The translations under genes were made by a program, and so were the position numbers. DNA of 63,185 bases, filler included. It is 3 parts of 3 records of this genome, joined end to end, with 100 filler letters (N's around TTAATTAATTAA, not from the genome) between each part and the next. Parts side by side here need not be neighbours in the genome. Positions count along the whole stretch, not along the records: positions 28,259 to 57,557 come from SRR31147125_4580; 2 more parts are not named here. One strand, 5' to 3'. This document shows, one piece after another, positions 31,874 to 41,681 of this stretch (its first letter is position 1; each line of letters starts with the position of its first letter). The notes beneath the pieces are model-generated. The model saw nothing but the letters and a program-made list of their open reading frames with translations, did not search any database and had not been told where the DNA came from.

Positions 31874-32337
31874 CAAGCAAGATTATTAAACAGCTGATGC
31901 AAAAACAATTAAGTCTTGTTTTTGCAGAAAGTATGACAGGTGGTTTGTTATCTTATGAAATAACTAAGATCCCTGGTGCATCAAAAGTATTTAAAGGGAG
32001 TATTGTTGCCTATCAAAAATCCATGAAAAAAAAGCTACTTTCTATGGATGATCATATACTTGATCAGTATCCGATTGTGTCAGAAGAAATTGCGATAAAT
32101 ATGGCAAAAAAAGCAATGGAAATTACAAAATCATCTATCGGTGTAGGGGTAACTGGTGATGCTGGACCAACGCTTCAAAAAGATAGTCAAACAAGACAAG
32201 CCATTTATGCGATTTGCGATCAAAATCATTGTAAAATATATCATGTTTCATTTGATAAAGAATCGCGTTATAAAGCCCAAATTAAAACAAAAAATGATAT
32301 ATTCAATCACTTACTCATGTTCATTGAAGAAATATAG
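31870..32337 (+). CDS. CinA C-terminal / NMN deamidase (PncC-like)
   Basis: AESMTGG, PGAS.VF.G.IVAY and VTGDAGP. Confidence 0.88.
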   Translation: MTSKIIKQLMQKQLSLVFAESMTGGLLSYEITKIPGASKVFKGSIVAYQKSMKKKLLSMDDHILDQYPIVSEEIAINMAKKAMEITKSSIGVGVTGDAGPTLQKDSQTRQAIYAICDQNHCKIYHVSFDKESRYKAQIKTKNDIFNHLLMFIEEI

Positions 32338-32346
32338 CGTATCTTG

Positions 32347-32375
32347 TTGCACATCATATATGAATATGATATAAT
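32347..32375 (+). promoter_or_regulatory. sigma-A promoter of rpsF operon
   Basis: TTGCAC-17 nt-TATAAT with an extended TGn element. Confidence 0.7.
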
Positions 32376-32393
32376 TACATAGCGTAAAGATTT

Positions 32394-32436
32394 ATCCTTG
32401 TCTTATATGAGATAAGACCACAGACCAAAAGGAGGT
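32394..32436 (+). promoter_or_regulatory. S6:S18 ribosomal-protein leader RNA (putative)
   Basis: tcctt can pair with the RBS aagga. The inner stem gtcttat/ataagac is followed by a CC-containing bulge, the architecture of Firmicute rpsF leaders. Confidence 0.6.
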
Positions 32437-32442
32437 ATAAAG

Positions 32443-32730
32443 ATGAAAAAATACGAAATTATGTACATCATCCGCCCAACTGTTGAAAGTGAAAGTATAA
32501 AAGAAATTGTGAACAATTTTAGCGAAATATTCGCAAATTATAGCAGTGAAGTACTTGAACTTAAAGAGTTAGGTTTAAAAGACTTAGCATATGAAATCCA
32601 ACATCATAAAAATGGTTACTATGTATGGCTTTTAGTGAATGCAACAAATGAAGCAATTGCTGAATTTAATCGTGTTGTAAGAATCACTGAAGATGTCATT
32701 CGTTACATTGTTGTAAAGGAAGGCGAATAA
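32443..32730 (+). CDS. rpsF: 30S ribosomal protein S6
   Basis: [17 protein letters not shown] and DVIRY. Confidence 0.97.
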   Translation: MKKYEIMYIIRPTVESESIKEIVNNFSEIFANYSSEVLELKELGLKDLAYEIQHHKNGYYVWLLVNATNEAIAEFNRVVRITEDVIRYIVVKEGE

Positions 32731-32731
32731 A

Positions 32732-33166
32732 ATGATTAATCGTGTTATCCTTGTAGGACGTATTACCAAAGATCCAGAATTAAAAGTGACGCAATCAAAC
32801 ATTTCGTTTGTAAGGTTTACGCTTGCAGTCAACAGACAATTTGCAGATCAATCAGGTGAACGTCAAGCAGATTTTATTCAATGTGTCGTTTGGCGAAAAC
32901 AAGCCGATAATTTAGCACAATACATAAGAAAAGGTGCTTTATTAGGTATTGAAGGAAGAATTCAAACCAGTACATATGAAACAGAAAATGGCACTAGATA
33001 TTCAACAGATGTTGTTTGTGATTCAGTTCAGTTCTTAGAAAGCAAGAACACAACTTCTCACAATGATAACAATTATATTGAACAACCTAGTGTATCAAAT
33101 GATGACAGCGACGAGTTCTATGAAACAAGTAAAGAACTAGCTGCTGAAGAAGATTTACCATTCTAA
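32732..33166 (+). CDS. ssb: single-stranded DNA-binding protein
   Basis: [21 protein letters not shown] and the C-terminal DLPF. Confidence 0.97.
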   Translation: MINRVILVGRITKDPELKVTQSNISFVRFTLAVNRQFADQSGERQADFIQCVVWRKQADNLAQYIRKGALLGIEGRIQTSTYETENGTRYSTDVVCDSVQFLESKNTTSHNDNNYIEQPSVSNDDSDEFYETSKELAAEEDLPF

Positions 33167-33179
33167 GGAGGAAATAATT

Positions 33180-33413
33180 ATGGCATACAAACGCGGAGGC
33201 TATAGAAGACGTAAAAAAGTTTGTTACTTTACACAAAATAAAGTTGAACATATCGATTTTAAAGATGTTGAATTATTAAAAAGATTCATCACTGATCGTG
33301 GGAAGATTTTACCAAGACGTGTAACAGGAACATCTGCAAAATGGCAAAGACCATTAGCAGTTGCAATCAAACGTGCTCGTCATATGGCTTTATTACCATT
33401 CGTAAAAGAATAA
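33180..33413 (+). CDS. rpsR: 30S ribosomal protein S18
   Basis: [26 protein letters not shown] and AIKRAR. Confidence 0.98.
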   Translation: MAYKRGGYRRRKKVCYFTQNKVEHIDFKDVELLKRFITDRGKILPRRVTGTSAKWQRPLAVAIKRARHMALLPFVKE

Positions 33414-33420
33414 TTCATTT

Positions 33421-33447
33421 AAAAAACTGCATATCATGCAGTTTTTA
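33421..33447 (+). terminator. intrinsic terminator after rpsR
   Basis: aaaaactgcat-atc-atgcagttttt hairpin. Confidence 0.75.
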
Positions 33448-33523
33448 TTTTATATTGAGTTTCATCGCATTTCATTGAAAATATGACATATTATTGATAT
33501 AATATGAGAGAAGTAGGTGACCT

Positions 33524-35956
33524 ATGAAGCGTATATTGTATTTTGTGTTGTCAGCGATATTGTTTGGTATTGCTGTTATACTATATTACCCATATTTTAG
33601 TATTGATTCATCGCGTGAAGTAATGGCTTTAATCGTGATTTTTTTTGCGATTGTTATCTTATTCTTCACACTATTTTATACGTTAAATAGTAGAGCTTAT
33701 CAAAAAATATCAACGCTACAAAACCGCCTTGCAATGTGGTCGAAGTTATCATATCACATCTCGCAAGCTGGCGATGAAATATTTAATGAGCTACCGATTG
33801 CAATGCTTGCAATAGATGATGATTTTGAAATCAAATGGTCAAATCCACATGCTAAAGTCGTGTTTGGAGCTAAAATTAATGGTAAAAGATTAGACGATAT
33901 ACATGAAAAACTCTATGAACTTGCATCAAGTAGAAAAACACATTTTGTGATTCATACAGAGGAAAAATCATTTGATGTGACTTATCGCAGTGAATTTAAT
34001 ATATTTTATTTCTTCGATGTCACTCAAAGAGAAATTGTTTTCCAACAATTCGAAGCACAAACGCCAGCACTTGGATTAATATTTTTAGACAACTTGGATG
34101 AATCACTATCTGTACTTGATGTCTCAGAACAATCATCGATAAAAGGAGATTATCTTTCTGCGATTGATGATTGGGCAAGTCAATTTAGTTGTTATTTAAA
34201 ACCATTTGCTGATGAAAAAATACTTTTGATCACTGATCGAAAAAATCTAAATTTAATGATTGAAAATAAATTTGACTTACTTGATAAAGTTAAAAAAATA
34301 TCGAGTGAAGCGAAAGTTAGAGTATCTATATCTATGGGTATTGCATCATGGAATACAACATATGAAGATATTGGTGCTTATGCACAAAATGCAGTTGAAC
34401 TTGCAGAAAAACGTGGTGGAGACCAAGTTGTGGTCAACATCCAAGATCAAAAAATTGCATATTTTGGTGCTAAGAGTAATGCATCAATTAAAAGTTCACG
34501 TGTTGGTGTGAGAATCAATGCACAAACGATTAAAGACTTTATTGAACAATCTAGCCATGTTTACATCATGGGCCATCATATGGCCGATATGGATGCATTT
34601 GCTTCCATGTTAGCATGTTATCATATGGCAGCAGCAAGTAAAAAACATGCATCTATTATTTTAGATGATATTCATCTTGATCAAACTGTATTAAAAGTTT
34701 ATCGTGAAGTCAAAGATGAATTAGAAGATATACTTGATGATATTATCACCACTGAAGAGGCTAAACATCAAATTAATGATAGTAGTTTATTGATTGTATT
34801 AGATTCTCAATCTCCAGGTATAGTGATGGCACCGGATTTACTTGAACTTACTGAACAAATCATTGTTATTGATCATCACCGTGTGGGTGAAGAAAGATTT
34901 AATGCAGTCTTTCAAATTATTGAACCAAGTGCAAGTTCAACTATTGAACTTGTCATGGAACTTCTAGATTTTTATAATTTAGAAGAAAGTATTAAAATAA
35001 GTCCGGTTGAAGCATCAATTATGTATGGTGGTTTGCTTGTTGATACATCAAACTTTTTATATCGAACATCTTCTAGAACATTTGAAACTGCATCTAAATT
35101 AAAAGATCTAGGTGCTGATGCGACTAGAGTTAAAACATGGCTTCGAAGAGATATGATGAGAATTATGGAAATCAATCATTTACTTGACCAAGTTGATATC
35201 GTACTTAATAAATTTGCATTTATGGTAACACCCGATATATATGAGGATCGTATCTTCTTAGCACAAGTCTCTGAAGCAGCGCTTGAGATTAATGGTATTG
35301 ATGCAGCATTTACAATTGCAAGATTAGATGATCATCGCGTTGCAGTGTCAGCACGAAGCCTACATGAAATCAATGTCCAAATATTGATGGAAATGATTGG
35401 TGGTGGCGGACATTTCAATAGTGCAGCAGCACAAATTGAAAATATGTCAATACAAGAAGTTTATGATCAATTAAAAAATAATGTTTTATTAGAATATGGT
35501 GGAGGCGAAAAAATGAAAGTTATATTATTAACAGACGTTAAAGGTAAAGGATCAAAAGATGATGTCATTGAAGTGGCAAATGGATATGGTCAGTTTTTAA
35601 TGAGTAGTAAAAAAGCTATTGCAGCAACCGATGAGCATTTAAAAGCTTTAGAAGATAGTATTTTAAAAGAAAAAGAAGCAGCACAGCGTCATTTAGATTT
35701 AATGAAAAAACTAAAATCTGAAATTGATGGAAAACAAGTAACACTTGAGATTCAAATTGGTAAAGATGGTAAACAATTTGGTTCAATTACAACCAAACAA
35801 ATTGCTGAAGCATTCCAAAAAACACATGGTATACTTATAGATAAGAAGAAACTAGAACTACAAAGTGAAATTAATTCTATTGGTATATATACAGCATTTG
35901 TGACATTACATAAAGACATTAAAGCACAATTTGAAGTTAAAGTTGTAGAAAAGTAG
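33524..35956 (+). CDS. gdpP-rplI: GdpP-like c-di-AMP phosphodiesterase (TM-PAS-degenerate GGDEF-DHH/DHHA1) fused in frame to ribosomal protein L9
   Basis: RGGDQVVV, GHHMADMDA, IDHHR and GGGGH, then MKVILLTDVKGKG...VANGYG...FGSIT (L9) starting at in-frame ATG 35513. Confidence 0.9.
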   Translation: MKRILYFVLSAILFGIAVILYYPYFSIDSSREVMALIVIFFAIVILFFTLFYTLNSRAYQKISTLQNRLAMWSKLSYHISQAGDEIFNELPIAMLAIDDDFEIKWSNPHAKVVFGAKINGKRLDDIHEKLYELASSRKTHFVIHTEEKSFDVTYRSEFNIFYFFDVTQREIVFQQFEAQTPALGLIFLDNLDESLSVLDVSEQSSIKGDYLSAIDDWASQFSCYLKPFADEKILLITDRKNLNLMIENKFDLLDKVKKISSEAKVRVSISMGIASWNTTYEDIGAYAQNAVELAEKRGGDQVVVNIQDQKIAYFGAKSNASIKSSRVGVRINAQTIKDFIEQSSHVYIMGHHMADMDAFASMLACYHMAAASKKHASIILDDIHLDQTVLKVYREVKDELEDILDDIITTEEAKHQINDSSLLIVLDSQSPGIVMAPDLLELTEQIIVIDHHRVGEERFNAVFQIIEPSASSTIELVMELLDFYNLEESIKISPVEASIMYGGLLVDTSNFLYRTSSRTFETASKLKDLGADATRVKTWLRRDMMRIMEINHLLDQVDIVLNKFAFMVTPDIYEDRIFLAQVSEAALEINGIDAAFTIARLDDHRVAVSARSLHEINVQILMEMIGGGGHFNSAAAQIENMSIQEVYDQLKNNVLLEYGGGEKMKVILLTDVKGKGSKDDVIEVANGYGQFLMSSKKAIAATDEHLKALEDSILKEKEAAQRHLDLMKKLKSEIDGKQVTLEIQIGKDGKQFGSITTKQIAEAFQKTHGILIDKKKLELQSEINSIGIYTAFVTLHKDIKAQFEVKVVEK

Positions 35957-35965
35957 GTAAATCAT

Positions 35966-37327
35966 ATGGCAAAAACATTACCATATCATCGCGAAGCTGA
36001 ACAAGCCGTCCTCGGTATTGTTTTTCTAGACCCTAGAGAAATTGTTACAGTTTTAGATCAATTAAACAAAGATGACTTCTATGAAATGAGTCATGCGCTC
36101 ATCTATACTGCGATGCAAGATCTTTTTAACGAGAAATTAAATATTGATTTTGCAAGTGTTGCAGCAAGGCTTGAACAATCTCAAAACTTAGAGCGTGTAG
36201 GCGGTAGAAGATATCTCTTGGAACTTACAGAAATGATACCATCAGTCGATCACTTAGATACATACATTGACTTAGTAAAAGATGGATCATTAAAACGTCA
36301 AGTCATTAAAGTAGCAAGTGATATCGTCGAAGATGGTTTTAAAAAAGATGAGATGGCTTTTGAATATATCACAAGAGCTGAAGAAGATATTTTTGCACTT
36401 GCACAAAAAAGAAAAACATCAGCATTTTCTATTATTTCTGAAGTGATTAAAGAAGTAAAAGAAAAAACTGAAATGAATAGAAATAAAAAAGGTGGTATTA
36501 CAGGACTATCTACGGGATTTGCTGAATTTGATAAATTATCAGCAGGTCTTCAAAATGAAGAACTTATCATTTTAGCGGCTAGACCATCGATGGGTAAATC
36601 AGCGTTTGCGATGAATTTAGCCATTAATATTGCTAAGAAAAATAAAGAAGGTAAAGCAGGCGTTGCAATTTTTAGTTTAGAGATGAGTAATGAACAACTT
36701 GCAGCGCGTATGTTAAGCGCTGAATCAAATGTTGAAAATAATAAGATAAAAAGTGGGCATTTAACTGCACCGGAATGGCAACATATGGAAGGCGGTATGC
36801 AAACCTTATCCCTTCTTAATATATTCTTTGATGATTCAGCAGCTGTTACAGTTGCGGATATTAGAGCAAAATGTCGAAAACTTAAACAAGAAGATCATTT
36901 AGAATTTGTTGTGATTGACTACTTACAACTCATTAAAGGTGATTCTAGAAGTGGTAATCGACAAGAAGAAGTTGCTAAAATTTCAAGAAGCTTAAAAGAA
37001 ATGGCAAGAGAATTAAAAATTCCAGTACTTGCATTATCACAATTAAGTCGTGATGTTGAAAAACGTGAAGATAAAAGACCGGTTTTAGCCGATCTGCGTG
37101 AATCAGGATCTATTGAGCAGGATGCCGATATTGTTCTATTCTTATATAGAAATGATTATTATCAACGTGATCCAGATAAGAAAACTGGTGATGTTGAATT
37201 GATTGTTGCTAAAAATAGACAGGGTGCTGCTGGTATTATGTTACCATTTAGATTTGATACTGAATTCTCTAGATTTTTATCTAAAGAAGAAAGAGAAGAT
37301 TCATCATACGAAGCATATAGAGATTAA
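35966..37327 (+). CDS. dnaB: replicative DNA helicase
   Basis: AARPSMGKS, FSLEM, IDYLQL, LSQLSR and DLRESGSIEQDAD. Confidence 0.97.
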   Translation: MAKTLPYHREAEQAVLGIVFLDPREIVTVLDQLNKDDFYEMSHALIYTAMQDLFNEKLNIDFASVAARLEQSQNLERVGGRRYLLELTEMIPSVDHLDTYIDLVKDGSLKRQVIKVASDIVEDGFKKDEMAFEYITRAEEDIFALAQKRKTSAFSIISEVIKEVKEKTEMNRNKKGGITGLSTGFAEFDKLSAGLQNEELIILAARPSMGKSAFAMNLAINIAKKNKEGKAGVAIFSLEMSNEQLAARMLSAESNVENNKIKSGHLTAPEWQHMEGGMQTLSLLNIFFDDSAAVTVADIRAKCRKLKQEDHLEFVVIDYLQLIKGDSRSGNRQEEVAKISRSLKEMARELKIPVLALSQLSRDVEKREDKRPVLADLRESGSIEQDADIVLFLYRNDYYQRDPDKKTGDVELIVAKNRQGAAGIMLPFRFDTEFSRFLSKEEREDSSYEAYRD

Positions 37328-37331
37328 TCAA

Positions 37332-37363
37332 AAGACCACTGATAAGGATATATCAGTGGTCTT
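37332..37363. terminator. bidirectional terminator between dnaB and the convergent gene
   Basis: aagaccactgata...tatcagtggtctt inverted repeat. Confidence 0.75.
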
Positions 37364-37369
37364 ATATTT

Positions 37370-38806
37370 TTAATATATGATTTGTTTAAATTGATTTCTA
37401 AGTATTTCTTTTAATACATCAATCGCACTATAAAGGCGTTCGCCTGGTTTTAAGAATTTTAATATATATAATAGATCATCACCAGCTGTAATAATAGGTG
37501 GTTCCATTTGATCAGGTGCTTTAGTTTGTGCAAAACCAGCAGCAGACATTAAACCATTACATAAACATTTTCTACCTATCGTATCTTCAATTTTTCCATT
37601 TTTTTTAACATAAGCAGCAACAGGTTCACTCGGACATCGATATCCAATTTTACCATTATCCATGCGATAAGGTTCTCTTAAATAACCAATATCACAAATG
37701 CGTTTTCTAGATTGATAAACGTCATCTCTACCAACGCTATCTTCTAGGTCAACGACTTTAAATGGAAATCCAGTTGGTGATGCGAGTAAATCAGTTTTTA
37801 CTTTAGTAACACCTCTTTTTAATGCATCAATAATACGTTCTTTTAAATGTTTTGCCATGCCAGATTCTTTTGAAAATGCAAAAGCTGTACCCACTTGTAT
37901 ACCGGTTGCTCCAAGTTTTTGTGCTTCTATAAATGCTTCATGGTGTCCATATCCACCTGCAAGCCAAAAAGGAAGTCCTAGTGATTTAAGTTTTTCAAAA
38001 TCAACTTCATCTTTTTTACCATAGATAGGTTCTCCAGTATGTGATACTTGAAGTTTTCCACGAGGTGGTGCATTATGACCACCTGCAATAGGGGCTTCAA
38101 CAATAAAACCATCAGGTCTAGTTTCAATGTTTTTATAGAGATGAAGTGCAAGCGTTGTTGATGAAATAATGGCTAAAAATTTTGGTTTATGTAGTTTTGG
38201 AAGTGTTTCTCCATGAGCAAAAGCAATAGGATCAAATGTATAAGTGAAGGGTTTTTCATCACCTGTAACTTTAATTGGCATAGATGCAGATTGTTGATTG
38301 CTAAATTGTCTTATGACCTCAGGGATGTATTTTGGAATACCTGCACCCATGAGCACATAATCTACACCGGCTAACATAGCACCATAAATCGATGGAAGTG
38401 TAGGTATTTGTATCTTTTCTAATAAATTAATACCAATTAAGCCTTCATGTCCTTTTTTAGCTAAATAGACTTCAACAAAATTAGCAAGGACAATAAGTTC
38501 AGTTAATGCATCTTTTTGATCGACAGATGGCATCGGCGCTAATTTATATTTTTTTGGTTTAAGTGATGGTTGATATGTTTCTAAAACACGTTCTACGATA
38601 TCTTGAAATGGAAAGTGCTTCATGGCATCTACAATTTTCTTCCTACCTTTTATAGATTGTAGTTTACGCGTTAATGAAGTTGCGACTGCTGTGCCTGATA
38701 CGACACCTAAATAACCTTGTTTTGATATGGTACGGGCAAGTTTGACACTTGATACACCAATACCCATGCCACCTTGAATGATTGGTGGAAATTTTTTGTT
38801 TTGCAT
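37370..38806 (-). CDS. nitronate monooxygenase family flavoprotein
   Basis: PIIQGGMGIGVS, AGGHN, LAGG, GIQVGTAF and SPTGFP. Confidence 0.85.
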   Translation of the reverse strand: MQNKKFPPIIQGGMGIGVSSVKLARTISKQGYLGVVSGTAVATSLTRKLQSIKGRKKIVDAMKHFPFQDIVERVLETYQPSLKPKKYKLAPMPSVDQKDALTELIVLANFVEVYLAKKGHEGLIGINLLEKIQIPTLPSIYGAMLAGVDYVLMGAGIPKYIPEVIRQFSNQQSASMPIKVTGDEKPFTYTFDPIAFAHGETLPKLHKPKFLAIISSTTLALHLYKNIETRPDGFIVEAPIAGGHNAPPRGKLQVSHTGEPIYGKKDEVDFEKLKSLGLPFWLAGGYGHHEAFIEAQKLGATGIQVGTAFAFSKESGMAKHLKERIIDALKRGVTKVKTDLLASPTGFPFKVVDLEDSVGRDDVYQSRKRICDIGYLREPYRMDNGKIGYRCPSEPVAAYVKKNGKIEDTIGRKCLCNGLMSAAGFAQTKAPDQMEPPIITAGDDLLYILKFLKPGERLYSAIDVLKEILRNQFKQIIY

Positions 38807-39304
38807 GTGTGTTTCTCCTTATGTATAATTCATATAAATAGTTTGATATTCAAAACAATTAACTTATATTTATCATAACACAAGAAGTATATATTGCAAT
38901 AGTTTTATGTTATTAAAGTTTTTTACACATTAAAATTTCTAAATAAATATTTATAAAAAAAATTGAATTTCATTAAGGTTATCTTTCTTTGTTATAATTG
39001 AAGCATTAAAGACAATTAACTAAATCATACTTATTGTAACGAAAAAAATTAATATTAATATTATCTATTGTGCTAAAATCATGTTTACTATTGAAGTTTA
39101 AAAACATTTAACAAGTGTTTTCAAAATTGAAGCCCAATAATTATCTAAAAAAATGAAAAAGATCTGAGAAAAAGAATTTACTAAGATAGATTTACGGCTA
39201 AAATTTAATCTAGAAGTGAAGATTTAATAATATTAACTTCCGTCATTAAAAATAGTAATACTTGATAAATTATATATAGATGATTGTGAATGTGGGAAAA
39301 GTCT

Positions 39305-39603
39305 ATGGATGATGTATTAAGGAATTTTTTTAATCAAGAAAATAATTTAAGCAAAAATGAAAAAAAGAATTCTACGAAGTTGTAGAAAAAACTCTTGATT
39401 ATTTAGAGATTTACGATTTAGAACACAAAACAATAAGATTGCAGGTTTTCAAAGATTTGTATTTCAACAATAAGAATTTACCATTATATAGTATCGCAAG
39501 CAAACATAATCTTGATGTGAAATCACTTTATCATTATCGAAAAAATTTTAATTATATCGTAAAAAAATTATTATATCATAAAAAGTATCCAAAAAATCGG
39601 TAA
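39305..39603 (+). pseudogene. cryptic ~99-aa HTH-like protein split by a -1 frameshift at an A7 run
   Basis: ATG 39305 gives MDDVLRNFFNQENNLSKNEKK. The -1 frame continues EFYEVVEKTLDYL...LQVFKDLYFNNKNLPLYSIASKHNLDVKSLYHYRKNF...* (stop 39601-39603). Absent from the ORF track. Confidence 0.55.
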
Positions 39604-39623
39604 TTATATTACCGTTTTTTTTT
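39592..39623 (+). terminator. hairpin/terminator upstream of the Mur-Rhs operon
   Basis: cggtaat-tat-attaccg followed by a long T run. Confidence 0.6.
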
Positions 39624-39680
39624 GCTTTTATTGTTTAAAATAGAAGTAAAGACTACAAAATATGAAAGGGGGAAAAGAAT

Positions 39681-40772
39681 TTGAAAATAATTGGAATAAC
39701 AGGTAGCTATGGGAAAACTTCTGTTTCTGAAATTTTGTATGACTATTTTATAAAATCCAAAGTAAAAACATCATTATACTGTTCTAATGGTTTTTTTATA
39801 AATAAAGAAACAAGAAGAAAAGATTTTTTTAAAACAAGTATGCATAAGGATGATTATATAGAGCTACTTAGAGATGACAAAGAATTAGGTGTTAAAATTG
39901 CTATTATTGAGATTAAGGTAGAAAGTATGCTTTACGATTTAAAGTTGGATGAGATAGAATATGATCTTATGGTGATGACTAATTATGATTCATTGAAAGA
40001 TACTATTTTTCAAAATTCAGAAGCACATTTTCAAGCTTATCAGAAGTTATTGTCAAAACAAAAAAATATGATGATTAATAGTAGTGTGCCTAAGGATTTG
40101 TTTACGTCATACAAGAATTATAATTACTTTGGGCTAGAAACCAGTGGTAAACTTACTATAGATTCGCTTGCACAGTTATTGAAAATAGTTAAGTCTAAAT
40201 TAGGAAATAAAAACTTTGAATCTAAATTAAAAACTTATTTTCACCTAGAGAATTTACTTTGCTCAATAGCTTCACTAGAAAAAATTAACATGTTTAGATT
40301 GCGGGAATTTAAAAGAACGATTAGAAATATAAGAATTCGAGGAAGAATGGAATTCGTAAAATTCAAAAACAAAAAAATAATTATTGATAATAAAAATCAT
40401 GATATCAAATCTTCTATTGACGCGATAGTTCAATTTCATGGCAACTACAATTATAAGATATATCTTTCAATACTACCACATCAGTATAGTACATATAGCA
40501 ATGAAATACTCAATGAAGACATGATTGAACTAAAAAAGAGTAAATGGAATTATTTAACTTACGACAATTTAGATTCTAGATTAGAAGGATTATATTTTGA
40601 TGAAGTGCAATATATTAATGGATGCTCATTGCTTAATTACTCAAAAAATTCGTTAGAATTACTTGATCAAGCAATTAGAGAATTAAAAAAAGATGAGATA
40701 TTAATTATCTTTACAAAAAGAAATTACAGAAACTATAGAAAGCATTTGGAAAGAAAAAATGGAAAAATATGA
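39681..40772 (+). CDS. divergent Mur-ligase (MurE-like) protein lacking the N-terminal domain
   Basis: Begins directly at the P-loop MKIIGITGSYGKTS; also AIIEI, MTN, ENL, RGRME and IIID. TTG start with a G-rich RBS. Confidence 0.72.
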   Translation: MKIIGITGSYGKTSVSEILYDYFIKSKVKTSLYCSNGFFINKETRRKDFFKTSMHKDDYIELLRDDKELGVKIAIIEIKVESMLYDLKLDEIEYDLMVMTNYDSLKDTIFQNSEAHFQAYQKLLSKQKNMMINSSVPKDLFTSYKNYNYFGLETSGKLTIDSLAQLLKIVKSKLGNKNFESKLKTYFHLENLLCSIASLEKINMFRLREFKRTIRNIRIRGRMEFVKFKNKKIIIDNKNHDIKSSIDAIVQFHGNYNYKIYLSILPHQYSTYSNEILNEDMIELKKSKWNYLTYDNLDSRLEGLYFDEVQYINGCSLLNYSKNSLELLDQAIRELKKDEILIIFTKRNYRNYRKHLERKNGKI

Positions 40773-41094
40773 AACATTACTAAGTTATATTTCTACGATA
40801 CTTATTTTGTTATTTACGACAATAACATATATAATTAAATTTATTGAAAAACAAAGAGAGATTAAAAGAATGAACGATTTAAATTTAATTGAAAATGAAC
40901 TTGAAAGATTAATTGTAGAAGCGGAAAAATTATTTGATACAGGTAATGTCAAAGAAAAATTTGTGATTGATCGCTTAAGAAGTTTTGCAAGTGATTATAA
41001 GATAAAACTCAATTTCAATGAAATGCAAGAGAGAATCGAAAAACTTATACATATCACTAAAGAGATTAACACACCTGGAGGAACAAGCTCATGA
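40759..41094 (+). CDS. small single-TM protein resembling LL-H-type phage holins
   Basis: One N-terminal TM, then a helical region 'LIVEAEKLFDTGNVKEKFVIDRL...IEKLI' like the holin AE..G.EK pattern. Confidence 0.55.
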   Translation: MEKYETLLSYISTILILLFTTITYIIKFIEKQREIKRMNDLNLIENELERLIVEAEKLFDTGNVKEKFVIDRLRSFASDYKIKLNFNEMQERIEKLIHITKEINTPGGTSS

Positions 41095-41681
41095 AGAGGA
41101 TAGTTAGCATTCAAGACGTTGTAAAAGGAAATCTGAAATCAGGAAAATACACTTGCATTGATATAGAAGAGGATTACACGTTGAATATTGGTTATGGAGA
41201 AATTGAGATTTTTCATATTGCTCAATGGCTATTGAAAAATGGTAGAGCTTGTCAATTTGCATTTATCAATAAAAAACTCTTTTTCAGAGTGGTTCAAAAA
41301 GAACCAATTGTATTTATTAATGTTCATGAAGAGGCACTTATCAACAAAGGCGAAATCAATGAAATACTCATTGATAGCTTACCAATATATGTTAAAGAGA
41401 TAATGCATGATAGTATTAGTAGCATTCAAATCAAAGATAATGAAATTCTACTTGTAAATAAAGATATGTCTAAAGGAAAATTATTAAATCCTTTTATCAG
41501 TCATTTAAACACAAAAGTATTACACAAAAGCCCTTTTAGAAAGGTAGGAATATATAACACTAATAAAAGCGAATCAAAACAAATAACACCAGATTCAAGG
41601 CAACCAATAAATAGAATTAATAGTAATAATAATAATACAATATTTAGTAATAAGGAGAATGAAAATGGGTTATTACGTTGA
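41091..41681 (+). CDS. hypothetical protein
   Basis: 196-aa ORF with GGAGG RBS and ATGA overlap with the upstream gene; no recognisable motif. Confidence 0.65.
   Translation: MKRIVSIQDVVKGNLKSGKYTCIDIEEDYTLNIGYGEIEIFHIAQWLLKNGRACQFAFINKKLFFRVVQKEPIVFINVHEEALINKGEINEILIDSLPIYVKEIMHDSISSIQIKDNEILLVNKDMSKGKLLNPFISHLNTKVLHKSPFRKVGIYNTNKSESKQITPDSRQPINRINSNNNNTIFSNKENENGLLR

Noticed and set aside
38810-39300. CRISPR array, tRNA or att site in the long AT-rich intergenic region
   Set aside because: No regularly spaced repeats, cloverleaf or direct repeat matching the other island end could be seen.
39280-39333. Possible TGA=Trp readthrough ORF in the island
   Set aside because: That frame hits TAA at 39331, and the rest of the contig uses TGA as stop.
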